A DNA stretch of 64,000 nt, from assembly GCF_001447785.1 (NCBI RefSeq), contig NW_015166418.1:3194725-3258724 (forward strand). The letters are read 5' to 3'. The translations under genes were made by a program, and so were the position numbers. Under the pieces are notes generated by a model. The model was not told the DNA's origin, did not search any database, and saw only the letters and a program-made list of their open reading frames with translations. Source of the stretch: Gekko japonicus. Taxonomy: Eukaryota. Below, in pieces: positions 63,259 to 64,000 of the stretch (positions within the stretch are counted from its first letter, which is position 1; every line of letters starts with the position of its first letter).

Positions 63259-64000
63259 ATCTATGTGTTCCTGCTTTGCACAGGATCTTTCTCCACTCAA
63301 GAATTTGCCCCAGGATGGTCAGAACAGCCTGTGTGTAGGAGAGATGTGGTATGACTATCTGCCCTTTCTATACTGGTTCTGATTAATTGCCCTGGCAAGC
63401 ACATTTTCTTTTCTTGTGTCAGCCAGACAGATACTTCAAGGAAGTTCAGAAGCAGGCCATGTTGGCCATGTTCATCTCCTTTTGCATATTTCTAGTGCCT
63501 CAAATTTAGAGGGATCTGCCTTTCAGCAAAGCTTTCACATTGGCTATTGCACCTTGTCAGTATATCCACTTTCTGTGGGCTCATGTGCATTTTAAAAACC
63601 CCTTGCAAGTGGCCACAATATGTGTACCAGTGAGGTCACACTGAGTGTGAATCAGCACTATCCTTTGTTAGATACGTATATGTTTCAGTAGCTGACCTTT
63701 GAATATATTTTTAGGAATGAATGTTTGCTCCTTTTTCTCTCCTCTCACAGTCTGCTTATGATACTTTATGTGCCTTCCTTCAATATGCTGTTTTTTTTTT
63801 TTAATGCCATTATAACTAGTAGTTCAAGAATTTTTGCAATTAACAATAAAGAAAGAATTTTGTGTTAGACTGTGCATGCTGCAACATGTTCATGTCCTGT
63901 TTCAGAGAAGGTATTTCCTTCTGTGTGAAGGGATAGGAAGAATTTTTTTCCGAAGGTGGTTCTTGTTAAAAATTCAGTGTTTAGCCCACTGCAGTTCTGA

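Noticed and set aside
58778-64000. PRKCI exon 2 (DIMITHFEPS...)
   Set aside because: Not recognised in this interval, which appears to be intron 1.
1-64000. CRISPR arrays or prokaryotic operon/defence systems
   Set aside because: The sequence is vertebrate intron/exon DNA with no repeat-spacer arrays.

Overview
This is vertebrate genomic DNA. The repeat content (Sauria SINE, Squam3-like SINEs, CR1, L2, Penelope-like elements, hAT/Harbinger MITEs) points to a squamate reptile, possibly a gecko. The minus strand carries coding exons 1-11 of the Polycomb gene PHC3 (ATG at 53233). All 11 exons have GT-AG boundaries and join in frame; the FCS/SAM exons lie beyond the left edge. About 5.5 kb away, head-to-head, is coding exon 1 of PRKCI (ATG 58740). 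The main surprise is in the 24.9-kb PHC3 intron 6 (14808-39676). It holds two intact, intronless AKAP4-like (sperm fibrous-sheath PKA-anchor) ORFs on the opposite strand: 693 aa at 20129-22210 and 783 aa at 33823-36174. The two share a conserved upstream module (CRE-like TGATGTCA, RFX X-box, an M-E-S-stop uORF) and conserved 3' UTR/poly(A) motifs. They show complementary losses of AKAP4 segments, consistent with a retroposed, tandemly duplicated and subfunctionalised pair nested antisense in PHC3. Other points: an insertion whose 16-bp duplication copies the PHC3 exon 3 splice acceptor, a shortened PRKCI N-terminus, several nested transposons with target-site duplications (TSDs), and a 166-N assembly gap. 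Gene identities and comparisons with human proteins come from recalled sequences, not from database searches. SINE/LINE boundaries are approximate.
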